Source: an uncultured Chroococcidiopsis sp.
GTDB lineage: Bacteria; Cyanobacteriota; Cyanobacteriia; Cyanobacteriales; Chroococcidiopsidaceae
Assembly: GCA_964248365.1 (NCBI GenBank)
Contig: CAXTYC010000004.1
Coordinates: 160,001-224,000 of the forward strand
DNA: 64,000 bases
Direction: 5' to 3'
The position numbers were made by a program, and so were the translations under genes. This document shows positions 21,631 to 32,272 of this stretch, piece by piece. The notes under the pieces are model-generated. The model made no database searches, was not told where the DNA came from, and worked only from the letters and a program-made list of their open reading frames with translations. Positions within the stretch are counted from its first letter, which is position 1. Each line of letters starts with the position of its first letter.

Positions 21631-24600
21631 ATGACGACGATCGCCTTTTCTGGCTATACCATTAGCGAAACGATTCATGATGGCGACAAAACAATCGTTT
21701 ATCGTAGCATCAGAAAGCGCGATCGCTACCAGGTAGTGATAAAAATTCTCAAAGCCGAGTTCCCTACCCTGCAAGAGATCGCCCGTCTTAAACAGGAATA
21801 TAAAATTTTAACATATTTAGATGATGTAGGAGTTGTAAAAACCTACGGCTTAGAAAATTCTCAAAATCGATTAGCCTTAATATTAGAAGATTTTGGCGGC
21901 ATACCTCTTGGGCAATTTGCTACGTCTAAAAAGTTGGAATTAACAGATTTTTTGAATATAGCAATTCAACTTTCAGGCACTTTGGGAGTTATCCACCAAA
22001 ACAATATTATCCATAAAGATATCAAACCAAAAAACATTCTGATAAATCCTAATACAGGTCAGGTAAAAATAATTGATTTTAGTATATCTTCGTATTTATC
22101 TAAAGAAAATCCATATCTGAGCAACATTAACTCATTAGAAGGCACTCTATCATACATTTCTCCAGAGCAAACAGGGCGGATGAATCGATTGATTGATTAC
22201 CGCAGTGACCTGTATTCTTTAGGAGTAACTTTTTATAAACTGCTAACAGGTTCACTCCCTTTTCAATCTACCGATCCGCTAGAACTGATCCATTGCCATA
22301 TTGCCAAACAACCAATTTATCCGCATCAGTTGCAACAAGAAATTCCCCTGGCAATATCGAATTTGGTAATGAAGCTATTAGCTAAAAATGCTGAAGATAG
22401 ATATCAAAGTGGTTTTGGCGTGAAAGCAGATTTGGAATTGGCACTCACACAGTTAGAGACAAAAGGTGAGATTTCCAACTTTGCGATCGCCCAACAAGAT
22501 TTATCAGGAAAACTACTAATTCCCCAAAAACTTTATGGTAGAGAAGCTGAAGTTCAAACCTTGATGGATGCGTTCACACGGATTAGTAACGGTGCGTGTG
22601 AAATGATGCTAGTGAGTGGCTATTCTGGCATCGGTAAATCATCTTTAGTCAATGAAATTCATAAACCTATTCTACAACAACGGGGATATTTTATAGAAGG
22701 TAAATTTGACCAGTTTAAGCGTGATATTCCCTATGCTTCCCTAATTCAAGCATTTCAGGAATTGATTCAACAATTACTTGCAGCAGAGATTTTGTCAGTT
22801 TGGAAAGCAAAACTCCTAAAGGCTTTGGGTAATAACGCACAGGTAATTATCGATGTGATTCCTGAAGTGGAATTGATTATTGGAACTCAACCTGCTGTAG
22901 CGCAACTCGGTGCAACAGAAGCCCAAAACCGCTTTAATCGAGTATTTCAAGCATTTATTCGGGTATTTGCAGCAGCCGAACATCCCCTAGTTGTGTTTTT
23001 AGATGACTTGCAGTGGGCAGATTCTGCCTCTTTGAAGTTAATTCAGATTTTGATGAATGACCAAAATAGTGGTTATTTGCTGCTATTGGGGGCGTATCGT
23101 GATAACGAAGTGAGTTCATCTCATCGGTTGGTTCAAACTGTAGAACAGATTCAACAAGCTGGTGCAATAGTTAATAATATTGTACTTTCTCCTTTAGATA
23201 TTGGTAGTGTCAATCAATTAATGGCTGATACGTTAAATGAAGTAGAATCATCTAAAGAACTAGCCAAATTAGTTTTCCAGAAAACACAGGGTAATCCATT
23301 CTTTTTAACTCAGTTACTGAAATCTTTATATCAAGAAAATTTACTCCTGTTTAATTTTATTAGTGGTAAATGGCAATGGGATATTGAGCAAATCCAGGCA
23401 GTGGGTGTTACGGATAATGTTGTCGATTTGATGATTGGTAAGATTCAAAAGTTGCCAGAAACAACTCAAAATATCCTCAAATTAGCTGCTTGTATAGGAA
23501 ACCGTTTTGACTTAGAAACCCTGGCTGTAATTAATGAAAAATCTTTTCTAACTACAGCTGCCGAAATTTGGGCAGCCCTGCAAGAAGAATTGATTTTACC
23601 CTTGAGTAATGCTTATAAAATTCCTCTGGTTGTGGGTGAAGAAACGGCGGCTAATAATTCTTTTGATCGAGGAAGCTATCAATTTTTGCATGACAGAGTG
23701 CAGCAGGCAGCATATACGCTTATTCCAGAGGCAGAGAAAAAAGCCACTCATTTTAAAATTGGTCAACTTCTGCTAGAAAGTCAAACGAATGAGGCGCAAG
23801 AAGAAAATATTTTTGAGTTAGTGAACCAGCTAAATTATGGTGTTGATGTAATTAAAAGTCAAGCAGAAAGAAATCAATTAGCCCAACTAAATTTAATTGC
23901 AGGGCGAAAAGCAAAAGCTTCAATTGCCTATGAACCTGCTGCCAGATATTTAAATGTAGCTAACAATTTGTTGTCAAGAGATTGGCACGAGTATGACTTA
24001 AGCCTGAATATTTATGATGCAACGATTGACATAGAATGTATCAATGGCAATTATCAGCGATCGCAAGCCTTAATTAACATTGCCCTAGCACAGGTTAAAA
24101 CCCTCTTAGATCGTGTCCGCATCTATAAGAGACAAATTCAGTTGTATATTGCTCAAGGAGATTTACCCGCAGCTATTGATACGGCATTGGTAGTTCTGGA
24201 AATGCTTGGTGTTCCTATCCCAACTGATGTAGAAGAAATCAATCAGTATTGCGAACAAATACGGCAAGAATTGGTATTTGAAAATAGCCAAATTGCTGAG
24301 TTGGCAAACCTACCTTTGATGAGCGATCCTCATAAACAGGCGGCGATGGAAATCTTAATTACCATGCCAGGTCCAGTATATATTGTCAAACCGCAACTTT
24401 TTATGCCGATGATGTTGACAATGGCAAGTCTATCGGTGAAGTACGGCAATTGGGTTCCTTCTTCGTTTGGCTATTGTATTTATGGGGCGCTTTTGTGTGC
24501 TGTCTTTGGAGATATCGACACTGGCTATGAATTTGGGCAATTGTCATTGAAAGTGTTAGAGCAATTCAATGATAAAGCATTGTATCCGCAGGTGATCAAG

Positions 24601-27015
24601 GTTTATGCCAGCCATATCGATCACTGTAAAAATCATATTCAATCTGCTATCGACTTCCTGCAATTGTCAATCGAAAATTCAGTTGAAACTGGCAATATTG
24701 AGTTTTTGGGGTATGGCAGCGCAGAATACGCTATCTACCTCTTTTTTAGTGGAGAAAATTTAGAAATCGTCAATCAAAAGGTAACGCCTTATGTAGAATT
24801 AGTCAAAAGCTTTAAACAGGATTTAGGCATTTATTACATCAGAATTGCTAGGCAAGTTGTTTTGAATTTGAGCGGTGGGGGAACTGATCCATTAGTGTTA
24901 ACAGGTGAGAGTTTCAATGAAGAAACAATGCTACCCCCTGTGATAGCGGCAAATTGGAAAACGTTAATCTGCTGCTTTTACTTGTTCAAATTAATGCTGG
25001 CTTATTTATTTAATGACTATGAACAGGCGAATGCCTATGCCAAATTAACCTCGTCTAATTTAGAGGGTGTACTAGCCATGATGATGGCTTACGAATACAA
25101 TTTCTACCACTCTCTTGTTCTGTTGGCTCGGTATAACAGTATAGACGCTAGTGAACGCGAACAAGTACTCTTGCAGGTGCAATTAAATCAGGAAACTTTG
25201 GCACAGAAGGCGTTTCATGCCCCGATGAATTTTCAGCACAAATATGATTTAGTCGAGGCTGAAAAAGCAAGAGTATTAGGACAAATGCGAGCAGCAATGG
25301 ATTATTATGATGCCAGCATTAAAGCAGCTAGAATTCATGGTTATACTCAAGAGGAAGCTTTAGCTAATGAACTGGCAGCTAAGTTTTATCTAGAAATAGG
25401 CAAAGAAAAAATTGCTAAAGCTTATATGACTGATGCTTACTTAGGTTATGTTAGTTGGGGTGCAACTGCAAAAGCTTCATATTTGGCACAGCGTTATCCC
25501 GATTTTATTGTCAAACCAGCAGGAAAAACAACGGCTTTAACTCTTGCAATCGATCCATCAATAACTTCAAGTTCGGGTGGAACTGGGGCGTTGTTAGATT
25601 TAGCCACTGTTGTTAAAGCTTCTGGGGCGATCGCGGCTGAAATTGTCCTGTCAAACTTACTTGACAAATTAATCAAAATCGTGATTGAAAATGCTGGGGC
25701 GCAAAGAGGATTACTGATCTCGGAAAAATCAAAAGGTTTTGTAATTGAAGCGGCAGGTATTGCAGATGAAAATCAGATAATATCCTTACAGTCTGCTGCT
25801 CAAATTAATCAGCAGTTGCCTTTGTTAATTATGAATTATGTAGTTAGAACTAGGGAAACTGTTGTTTTAACTGATGCAACCGGAGACGGTATTTTTAGCA
25901 ATGATCCTTATATTATAACCTTTCAACCAAAATCAGTGTTGTGTACTCCAATCATTCATCAAGGAGAACTCAAAAACATCTTATATCTAGAAAATAATTT
26001 AACAACAGGAGCTTTTACAGTTGAGCGGTTGGAAGTATTAAGATTGCTTTCTGCTCAGATTGCAGTTTCATTAGAAAATGCACAGCTTTATAGCAATTTA
26101 TCTAATACAAATGCCCAGTTAGAAGAGGCTAATAGGCAGTTAGAAAATTACGCCGAAACCCTAGAAGCAACAGTAGCAGAACGAACCCAGGAATTGCAGG
26201 AAAAAAATAATATTTTAGAGCGAACTACTAATCAATTAAAAATTACTAACCAAGAACTAGAAACATTTTCCTACTCAGTTTCACACGATCTACGCGCACC
26301 ACTGCGACGGATTAATAGCTTTAGCCAGATGCTATTAGAAGAGGCAGTAGAGCAATTGGATGAACAGAGTAAGCATTACCTGCGGCGGATTCAAGCTTCC
26401 ACTGAGCAGATGGGGCAGTTGATCGAGGATTTATTGCGATTGTCTCGCATTAGCCGCACCCAGATTCAACGGCAAGAGGTGAATTTGAGTGCGATGGTAA
26501 GAGCAGTAGCCCAAGACTTGCTTTCATCTCAACCAGAACGAATAGTCGAGTTCCAAATTGCTGAAAACGTGACTACCAGTGCCGATGCCCATCTCCTCCA
26601 TTCTGCCCTGGAAAACTTGCTAGGCAATGCCTGGAAATACACGCAAAAACGACCCCACGCTCGGATTGAATTCGGTGTACTAATAGAGGGGCTTTGGCGC
26701 AGAGGCTGGGGGCTAGGAAGAGCAGAAGGGGACAAGGAGGAACTAGGAGAAACCCTTTGTTCATCCCAAGTCCCAAGTCCCCAGCCCCAAGCCCCTCCGA
26801 TCTACTTCGTGCGGGATAATGGAGCAGGTTTTGACATGGCTTATGCAGATCAACTTTTTCAAGCCTTCCGCCGCCTGCATTCGGCATCAGAATTTGAAGG
26901 TACTGGTGTTGGTTTAGCTACAGTGCAGCGAATTATCCATCGTCACGGGGGACAGATTTGGGCAGAAAGCGCTGTAGATCAGGGCGCAAGTTTTTATTTT
27001 ACTTTGGATGGTTAG
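21631..27015 (+). CDS. Multidomain Ser/Thr kinase - AAA ATPase - GAF - histidine kinase
   Basis: HKDIKPKN, GYSGIGKS, DDLQWAD, GAF (YLENN), H-box SVSHDLRAPL, NLLGNAWKY, DNGAGF, GTGVGLA. Confidence 0.95.
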   Translation: MTTIAFSGYTISETIHDGDKTIVYRSIRKRDRYQVVIKILKAEFPTLQEIARLKQEYKILTYLDDVGVVKTYGLENSQNRLALILEDFGGIPLGQFATSKKLELTDFLNIAIQLSGTLGVIHQNNIIHKDIKPKNILINPNTGQVKIIDFSISSYLSKENPYLSNINSLEGTLSYISPEQTGRMNRLIDYRSDLYSLGVTFYKLLTGSLPFQSTDPLELIHCHIAKQPIYPHQLQQEIPLAISNLVMKLLAKNAEDRYQSGFGVKADLELALTQLETKGEISNFAIAQQDLSGKLLIPQKLYGREAEVQTLMDAFTRISNGACEMMLVSGYSGIGKSSLVNEIHKPILQQRGYFIEGKFDQFKRDIPYASLIQAFQELIQQLLAAEILSVWKAKLLKALGNNAQVIIDVIPEVELIIGTQPAVAQLGATEAQNRFNRVFQAFIRVFAAAEHPLVVFLDDLQWADSASLKLIQILMNDQNSGYLLLLGAYRDNEVSSSHRLVQTVEQIQQAGAIVNNIVLSPLDIGSVNQLMADTLNEVESSKELAKLVFQKTQGNPFFLTQLLKSLYQENLLLFNFISGKWQWDIEQIQAVGVTDNVVDLMIGKIQKLPETTQNILKLAACIGNRFDLETLAVINEKSFLTTAAEIWAALQEELILPLSNAYKIPLVVGEETAANNSFDRGSYQFLHDRVQQAAYTLIPEAEKKATHFKIGQLLLESQTNEAQEENIFELVNQLNYGVDVIKSQAERNQLAQLNLIAGRKAKASIAYEPAARYLNVANNLLSRDWHEYDLSLNIYDATIDIECINGNYQRSQALINIALAQVKTLLDRVRIYKRQIQLYIAQGDLPAAIDTALVVLEMLGVPIPTDVEEINQYCEQIRQELVFENSQIAELANLPLMSDPHKQAAMEILITMPGPVYIVKPQLFMPMMLTMASLSVKYGNWVPSSFGYCIYGALLCAVFGDIDTGYEFGQLSLKVLEQFNDKALYPQVIKVYASHIDHCKNHIQSAIDFLQLSIENSVETGNIEFLGYGSAEYAIYLFFSGENLEIVNQKVTPYVELVKSFKQDLGIYYIRIARQVVLNLSGGGTDPLVLTGESFNEETMLPPVIAANWKTLICCFYLFKLMLAYLFNDYEQANAYAKLTSSNLEGVLAMMMAYEYNFYHSLVLLARYNSIDASEREQVLLQVQLNQETLAQKAFHAPMNFQHKYDLVEAEKARVLGQMRAAMDYYDASIKAARIHGYTQEEALANELAAKFYLEIGKEKIAKAYMTDAYLGYVSWGATAKASYLAQRYPDFIVKPAGKTTALTLAIDPSITSSSGGTGALLDLATVVKASGAIAAEIVLSNLLDKLIKIVIENAGAQRGLLISEKSKGFVIEAAGIADENQIISLQSAAQINQQLPLLIMNYVVRTRETVVLTDATGDGIFSNDPYIITFQPKSVLCTPIIHQGELKNILYLENNLTTGAFTVERLEVLRLLSAQIAVSLENAQLYSNLSNTNAQLEEANRQLENYAETLEATVAERTQELQEKNNILERTTNQLKITNQELETFSYSVSHDLRAPLRRINSFSQMLLEEAVEQLDEQSKHYLRRIQASTEQMGQLIEDLLRLSRISRTQIQRQEVNLSAMVRAVAQDLLSSQPERIVEFQIAENVTTSADAHLLHSALENLLGNAWKYTQKRPHARIEFGVLIEGLWRRGWGLGRAEGDKEELGETLCSSQVPSPQPQAPPIYFVRDNGAGFDMAYADQLFQAFRRLHSASEFEGTGVGLATVQRIIHRHGGQIWAESAVDQGASFYFTLDG

Positions 27016-29023
27016 GAGCATCACAATGGGAACCTTGCCGCTACGTGTTCTTATTATTGAAGATTCAGAAGATGATACCCTGGTGCTGCTTTCTACCCTT
27101 AAAAGTAATGGCTATAAACCCACCTATGAACGGGTAGACTCTGCCGCTGGGATGAGCGCTGCCCTAGACCAGCCCTGGGATGTGGTAATTGCTGACTATG
27201 TAGTGCCAGGATTTAACGCCGCTGCTGCGTTGTCGTTATTGAAGGAAAAGGGGCAAGACATCCCTTTTATTATCTTGTCTGGCGTAATTGATGAACAAAC
27301 AGCCGTGACTGCATTGAAAGCTGGGGCGCATGATTTTGTCCTCAAAAGTCGCATGGCGCGGCTGGTTCCAGCGATTGAACGAGAGATGCGCGAGGCTGAA
27401 ATTCGGCGAAAACATCGGCAGGCAGAGAAAGCACTACAAGAGAGTGAGTCAAGGTATCGATCGCTAGCGATCGCCACCTCTGCCGCAGTTTGGACAACCA
27501 ACGCCCAAGGAGAGGTAGTTGATGACATCCCATCTTGGCGGGCATTGACTGGACAAAGTGAGTCAGCAGTCAAGGGCTGGGGTTGGTTGGCTGCGATTCA
27601 TCCCGAAGATCGAGAGCGCACAGCGCAAATGTGGAAGGAAGCTGTAGCAACAAAAAGCATATATGACATAGAGCATCGGATACTTTTAGCCGATGGTACT
27701 TACCGATACTTCTCGGCACGGGGTGTCCCCGTTGTGCATGAAAGTGGAGAGGTTCAAGAATGGGTTGGCACTCATACAGATATTAGCGATCGCGTGACAA
27801 TGCAGTCAGCCCTGCGTCAACGGGCAGAAGAATTGACCGAAGCAAATCGCATCAAAGATGAATTTCTAGCAGTCGTCTCCCATGAGTTGCGTTCACCCCT
27901 CAACGCCATGCTTGGCTGGGTGACACTACTTCGGACTCGCCAATTTGATGCAGCCACGACAGCCAAAGCACTAGAAACTATTGAGCGCAATGCTAGATCG
28001 CAAGCGCAGCTAGTAGAGGATTTGCTCGATATTTCGCGCATTATTAGAGGTCAACTTCGCCTGAATGTCTGCCCAGTGAACTTAGTAAGCATAATTGAGG
28101 CAGCAATTGAGACAGTACGGCTGGCGGCTGATGCTAAAAATATTCACCTCAAAGCCGTACTAGATCCTACAGCAAGTTTAGTTACAGGAGACTCACACCG
28201 TTTACAACAAGTTGTCTGGAACCTGCTGACCAACGCCGTTAAGTTTACACCAAACGATGGACAGGTAGAAATTCGTCTCCAACGAATTAATTCTCATGTT
28301 GAAATTGCCGTGATTGATACAGGTATGGGCATCAGCGCCGAGTTTCTCCCATTCGTCTTCGATCGCTTTCGTCAGGAAGATAGTTCTAAAACTCGGTCTT
28401 ATAGTGGGTTGGGGCTGGGTTTGTCAATTGTGCGCCACCTGGTTGAACTGCATGGTGGAACTGTTCACGCCTACAGCCAGGGTGTAGAATGTGGATCGCA
28501 CTTTATCATAAAATTACCACTTTTGCAAGGAAATAGAGGCAGAGGGGCTGAGGGAGCTGAGGGAGCTAAATTTATAGCCTCTCGCCTCTCGCAGAGCGCC
28601 CCTCGCACAGCGCCCCTCGCAGAGCGCCCCTGTCTGCTTAATGGTTTGCGAATACTTGTAGTAGATGATCAAGCAGATGCCCGTGAGTTGTTAATTAGCA
28701 TCCTTCAACAAGAGAAATCTGAAGTTATGGCAGTTGCAACCGCAGACGAGGCAATGACAGCCTTAAGTCGAAAAGCAACGCAATTTGATGTATTAATCAG
28801 CGATATTGGTATGCCAGGTGAGGATGGCTACTCTTTGATCCGAAAAGTGCGTGCGATGAACCCCCTAAGCGGTGGACAGATTCCGGCTATAGCGCTGAGT
28901 GCCTATGCTAGAAGTGAAGATGCAACAGCCGCTCTTTTGGCAGGCTTTCACTATCATGTTGCCAAACCAGTTGATCCTGCTCAATTAATTGCGGCGATCG
29001 CTTCTGCCGCTAGACGAACCTGA
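27008..29023 (+). CDS. Hybrid histidine kinase REC-PAS-HisKA-HATPase-REC
   Basis: VLIIEDSEDD, PAS/PAC (IHPEDRER..VGTHTDISDR), SHELRSPL, VVDDQAD..ISDIGMP; overlaps the upstream stop. Confidence 0.95.
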   Translation: MVRSITMGTLPLRVLIIEDSEDDTLVLLSTLKSNGYKPTYERVDSAAGMSAALDQPWDVVIADYVVPGFNAAAALSLLKEKGQDIPFIILSGVIDEQTAVTALKAGAHDFVLKSRMARLVPAIEREMREAEIRRKHRQAEKALQESESRYRSLAIATSAAVWTTNAQGEVVDDIPSWRALTGQSESAVKGWGWLAAIHPEDRERTAQMWKEAVATKSIYDIEHRILLADGTYRYFSARGVPVVHESGEVQEWVGTHTDISDRVTMQSALRQRAEELTEANRIKDEFLAVVSHELRSPLNAMLGWVTLLRTRQFDAATTAKALETIERNARSQAQLVEDLLDISRIIRGQLRLNVCPVNLVSIIEAAIETVRLAADAKNIHLKAVLDPTASLVTGDSHRLQQVVWNLLTNAVKFTPNDGQVEIRLQRINSHVEIAVIDTGMGISAEFLPFVFDRFRQEDSSKTRSYSGLGLGLSIVRHLVELHGGTVHAYSQGVECGSHFIIKLPLLQGNRGRGAEGAEGAKFIASRLSQSAPRTAPLAERPCLLNGLRILVVDDQADARELLISILQQEKSEVMAVATADEAMTALSRKATQFDVLISDIGMPGEDGYSLIRKVRAMNPLSGGQIPAIALSAYARSEDATAALLAGFHYHVAKPVDPAQLIAAIASAARRT

Positions 29024-29033
29024 TATAGTCAAT

Positions 29034-29846
29034 CTACGGCATCCACTCTAAAACAATCCCCACCCGACTATCTTTATCTTCGCTAGAATTTTGCTTTTGA
29101 ATATCAGTAGATAAGCGCAAATTACGAGTAACAGCATAGCCGAAAGAAAGCGTCGTTAAACCCACTTCCTCGTCTGTACCTGGAGATACCCAACTCTGAG
29201 TAAAGGAAATATCAGCCGCACCCCCACGAGACAATACTAACAGCAGCCTCGCACCAAGATTTACACCATCTGTCGAGTATTCATCAGTTGACAAATGGCG
29301 ATAGCCTACCAGTGGGGCAAAATTGATATACTTACCCAAGGGACGCACATAATAATGTAAATCTGCTCCCCATGCTTCCCGACTGCCATTAAAAGCAGCC
29401 TGATATTCACCACTGACTGTAAAACGACTTCGAGCAATAAATATATCTTCTACACCAATATTCCACCCCCCCACAGCATCCCTAGAGGAAAACAGCGAAT
29501 AACCCAGCCGCAGCCTTGTGCGAAAACTAGGATCATTGTTGATTTCATCTAAAATATTCGGTACTTTACGCAACCACCGCTGTAAAAGTGGACTGTTTTT
29601 AATAACTTCTGGACTTAAATCTAAATCAGCAGCATTGGGTGTCGGTGGCGGCGGCGCACCCCAAGCAGGAGAAGCCAACAAGCAAATACTTAACAAACAC
29701 ACAGCAAAGTAGATTCCCCCTTCGTTACCCCCTTCGTTACCAAGCTGAGCCTGATAACGAGAGAAATATTTCTTGGCGTTCTTGGCGACTTGGCGGTTCA
29801 TAAAAAAAGTGGCTCTGCATTCTACAGAACCACCACAGCGGAGCAA
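29034..29846 (-). CDS. Hypothetical exported beta-strand-rich protein; start uncertain
   Basis: Signal-like CLLASPAWG and alternating beta pattern; the 5' region contains dispersed repeats. Confidence 0.65.
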   Translation of the reverse strand: MLRCGGSVECRATFFMNRQVAKNAKKYFSRYQAQLGNEGGNEGGIYFAVCLLSICLLASPAWGAPPPPTPNAADLDLSPEVIKNSPLLQRWLRKVPNILDEINNDPSFRTRLRLGYSLFSSRDAVGGWNIGVEDIFIARSRFTVSGEYQAAFNGSREAWGADLHYYVRPLGKYINFAPLVGYRHLSTDEYSTDGVNLGARLLLVLSRGGAADISFTQSWVSPGTDEEVGLTTLSFGYAVTRNLRLSTDIQKQNSSEDKDSRVGIVLEWMP

Positions 29847-29858
29847 AACTTGGAGACT

Positions 29859-30935
29859 TTATCTTACCGTGCCTTGAGCCAATGTTGCGTTAATTGGCTT
29901 CATCAGGTATAGTCGCAAGAACTGCCAGCCATTGGATAGGTAAAGCGGTAGCTTTTGGAACAATTGCAAGAATTTAGGAGTGTTGGAGCTAGCGATCGCA
30001 CTCAATCTCTTGTTATTCTCTACACACACGTCCATCCGCTGGTAAAACTTGGGATTCTCCGTATCCAGCATCACTGGGAATACTCGCCCTGCGGTTTCAT
30101 TCGTCTTCTGAATCACATAGGTTTCATAGTCGCGGGTATTTAGTCCCAGCATCTCGTAGAATCCAGGCTCTTGGGTGTCCCTAATATACATCGTGCCAAA
30201 CACTGCCAGCAAGAAGAAACGACACCATAGCCGCGCCTTCCAATCATTCAAAGTCTGCGGCTGAGCTTTCATTAAAGCATCAAAGAAATCTCCGTGCCGA
30301 TTTTCATCCTGACACCAGTTTTCAAAGAACCGGAAAATTGGATAAATCCGCTTTTCAGGATGAGCTTCTAGGTGACGATAAATCGTGATATACCGCCAGT
30401 AGCCAATCTTCTCAGAAAGATATGTGGCGTAGAAGATAAACTTCGGTTTAAAGAAAGTATACTTGCGGCTCTTGGTTAAAAATCCCAAGTCCAGCGACAG
30501 ATTAAAGTCTGACATCGCCTTATTCAGGAATCCAGCGTGACGCGCTTCATCCCGTGACATCAAAGCAAAGCATTCTGCTAGTAGAGGGTTTTTGTCTTTC
30601 AACTTGCGGCTGAGTTCTTTGTAAAGCAAAAAGCCAGAAAACTCAGACGTGCAAGAACGTTCCAAAAATTCTACAAACCGTTTGCGAGTTTCCCAATCCA
30701 TGTTATCCCAGGATTGTTCAAATTCCGCATCTCTGACAAAGTGATGGCGATTGTAGTCGGCGCGGAACTCTTCGAGAATGGCTTTCAGTTCATCTTCATT
30801 GACTGAAATATCCATCCGCGCCATTTCATCAAAGTCGGTGGTGTAGAACTTGGGCGAAAGCAGGGTGTCCTTTGCTGGGACTTTTATCCCTGGTCGCATT
30901 TCTTCAAAGCCTGGTTTTTGCAGGGAATCTACCAT
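29859..30935 (-). CDS. acsF: Mg-protoporphyrin IX monomethyl ester oxidative cyclase
   Basis: [40 protein letters not shown] diiron motifs. Confidence 0.97.
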   Translation of the reverse strand: MVDSLQKPGFEEMRPGIKVPAKDTLLSPKFYTTDFDEMARMDISVNEDELKAILEEFRADYNRHHFVRDAEFEQSWDNMDWETRKRFVEFLERSCTSEFSGFLLYKELSRKLKDKNPLLAECFALMSRDEARHAGFLNKAMSDFNLSLDLGFLTKSRKYTFFKPKFIFYATYLSEKIGYWRYITIYRHLEAHPEKRIYPIFRFFENWCQDENRHGDFFDALMKAQPQTLNDWKARLWCRFFLLAVFGTMYIRDTQEPGFYEMLGLNTRDYETYVIQKTNETAGRVFPVMLDTENPKFYQRMDVCVENNKRLSAIASSNTPKFLQLFQKLPLYLSNGWQFLRLYLMKPINATLAQGTVR

Positions 30936-31226
30936 GTCGTTTTGCTCTTGTTTGCTCTTATCTGTATTACCAAGAGGTTGGTGTGCTGATTCTTATATGG
31001 AATTCAGTCTACCAAGGCATTGGCTGATTAAATCTACTTGTAACGTTAAGAGTTACAACAGGCTATCAATTTTTTTTACAAAATTCAGTCATGGTGGTTT
31101 AAATGACACCTTTTTAGGTATGCGATCGCTCTATATTGCCACAATATGGGCAATTCCACTGTAAAAAGCTGACCCAAAAACTCTATCTAACATGGAAAAT
31201 AGAAACCAGGAACGTCAGCAAAGTTT

Positions 31227-31706
31227 ATGAATAAAGAGAATAAAGCTAGCACTGCCTATTTTTTGTGGCTAGCTTGTTTGCTTCAGTTACACGGGCTACA
31301 TCGCCTATACAATGGCAAAGTCGGGACAGGGCTTTTGTGGCTTTGCACCTTTGGTTTATTTGGTGTTGGGCAACTGGTAGACCTGTTCTTGATTCCCAAT
31401 ATGGTAGAAGATTACAATGCCAAGCTCAGAGCAAAATTGGGTGTATCTGCTTATGGCGTACCCTTCTACGAGCCAGTAGTCGCTACCACTGTTGTCAAGC
31501 ATCCCCATGAGCAATTGATGGTTAAACTGCTCAAAGCTGCCGCAGCGCGTGATGGTAAGCTTTCTGTCACTCAAGGAGTGATGGATACAGGCGCTAGTTT
31601 TTCTGAAGTAGAAGCCGTTTTAAAGGAAATGGTTAAATCTGGTTACGTCAGAGTTGACAACCACCCCCTTACTGGTGTAGTTGTCTACGAATTTTTTGAA
31701 CTTTAA
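31227..31706 (+). CDS. TM2/NINE-domain protein with C-terminal helix-turn-helix-like region
   Basis: GLHRLYNGKVGTGLLWLCTFG..VGQLVDLFLIP. Confidence 0.85.
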   Translation: MNKENKASTAYFLWLACLLQLHGLHRLYNGKVGTGLLWLCTFGLFGVGQLVDLFLIPNMVEDYNAKLRAKLGVSAYGVPFYEPVVATTVVKHPHEQLMVKLLKAAAARDGKLSVTQGVMDTGASFSEVEAVLKEMVKSGYVRVDNHPLTGVVVYEFFEL

Positions 31707-31785
31707 TTGACTGTATTGATACAGAAATAAATCCAAATGGGAAAACTATCTATGAAAGGGTTAATTATGCGTATTTGAACACCAT

Positions 31786-32262
31786 ATGAATACTAATCGC
31801 CTTGCAACTTCCTACATTCTCTGCGTAGTGTGGTTTTTCGGTTTAGCAGGATTACAGCGTTTATACAATGGTAAAATTGGCACAGGCTTGCTGTGGCTTT
31901 TGACTTGGGGTTTTTTTGGTGTAGGTCAGTTTGTAGATTTATTCATGATTCCTAGTATGGTCGAGGAACATGATATTAAGCTGAGAGCCAAAGCTGGTTT
32001 ATCCGCCAATGGTGTGCCTTTGAGTGGATCTGGGATCGCATTAACAGCTACTAATCGAGCTTACGATAAACTGATGAAAAAGCTCCTGAAAGCTGCCCAG
32101 AATCACGGCGGCGTAATTTCCGTTACTCAAGCAGTAATGGATACAGGAGCCAGCTTTGATGAAGTAGAAACTGTTTTGAAGGAAATGGTCAAATCAGGTT
32201 ACGTTATGGTTGGGAACCACCCCAAAACAGGAGCGGTAATTTACCACTTTCTAGAACTTTAA
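31786..32262 (+). CDS. TM2/NINE-domain protein, tandem paralog
   Basis: GLQRLYNGKIGTGLLWLLTWG; shares SVTQ.VMDTGASF.EVE..LKEMVKSGYV with the upstream gene. Confidence 0.85.
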   Translation: MNTNRLATSYILCVVWFFGLAGLQRLYNGKIGTGLLWLLTWGFFGVGQFVDLFMIPSMVEEHDIKLRAKAGLSANGVPLSGSGIALTATNRAYDKLMKKLLKAAQNHGGVISVTQAVMDTGASFDEVETVLKEMVKSGYVMVGNHPKTGAVIYHFLEL

Positions 32263-32272
32263 CTAGCCATTT

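Noticed and set aside
20937..21665. Short ORFs upstream of the large kinase
   Set aside because: They overlap the MITE or the promoter region and show no coding signal
31039..31057. NtcA site
   Set aside because: Spacing is GTA-N11-TAC, not GTA-N8-TAC
31227..32262. Tandem TM2 genes (and tandem CAP genes at 60754-62205) as a novel system
   Set aside because: Ordinary diverged paralog pairs with nothing further to support a system
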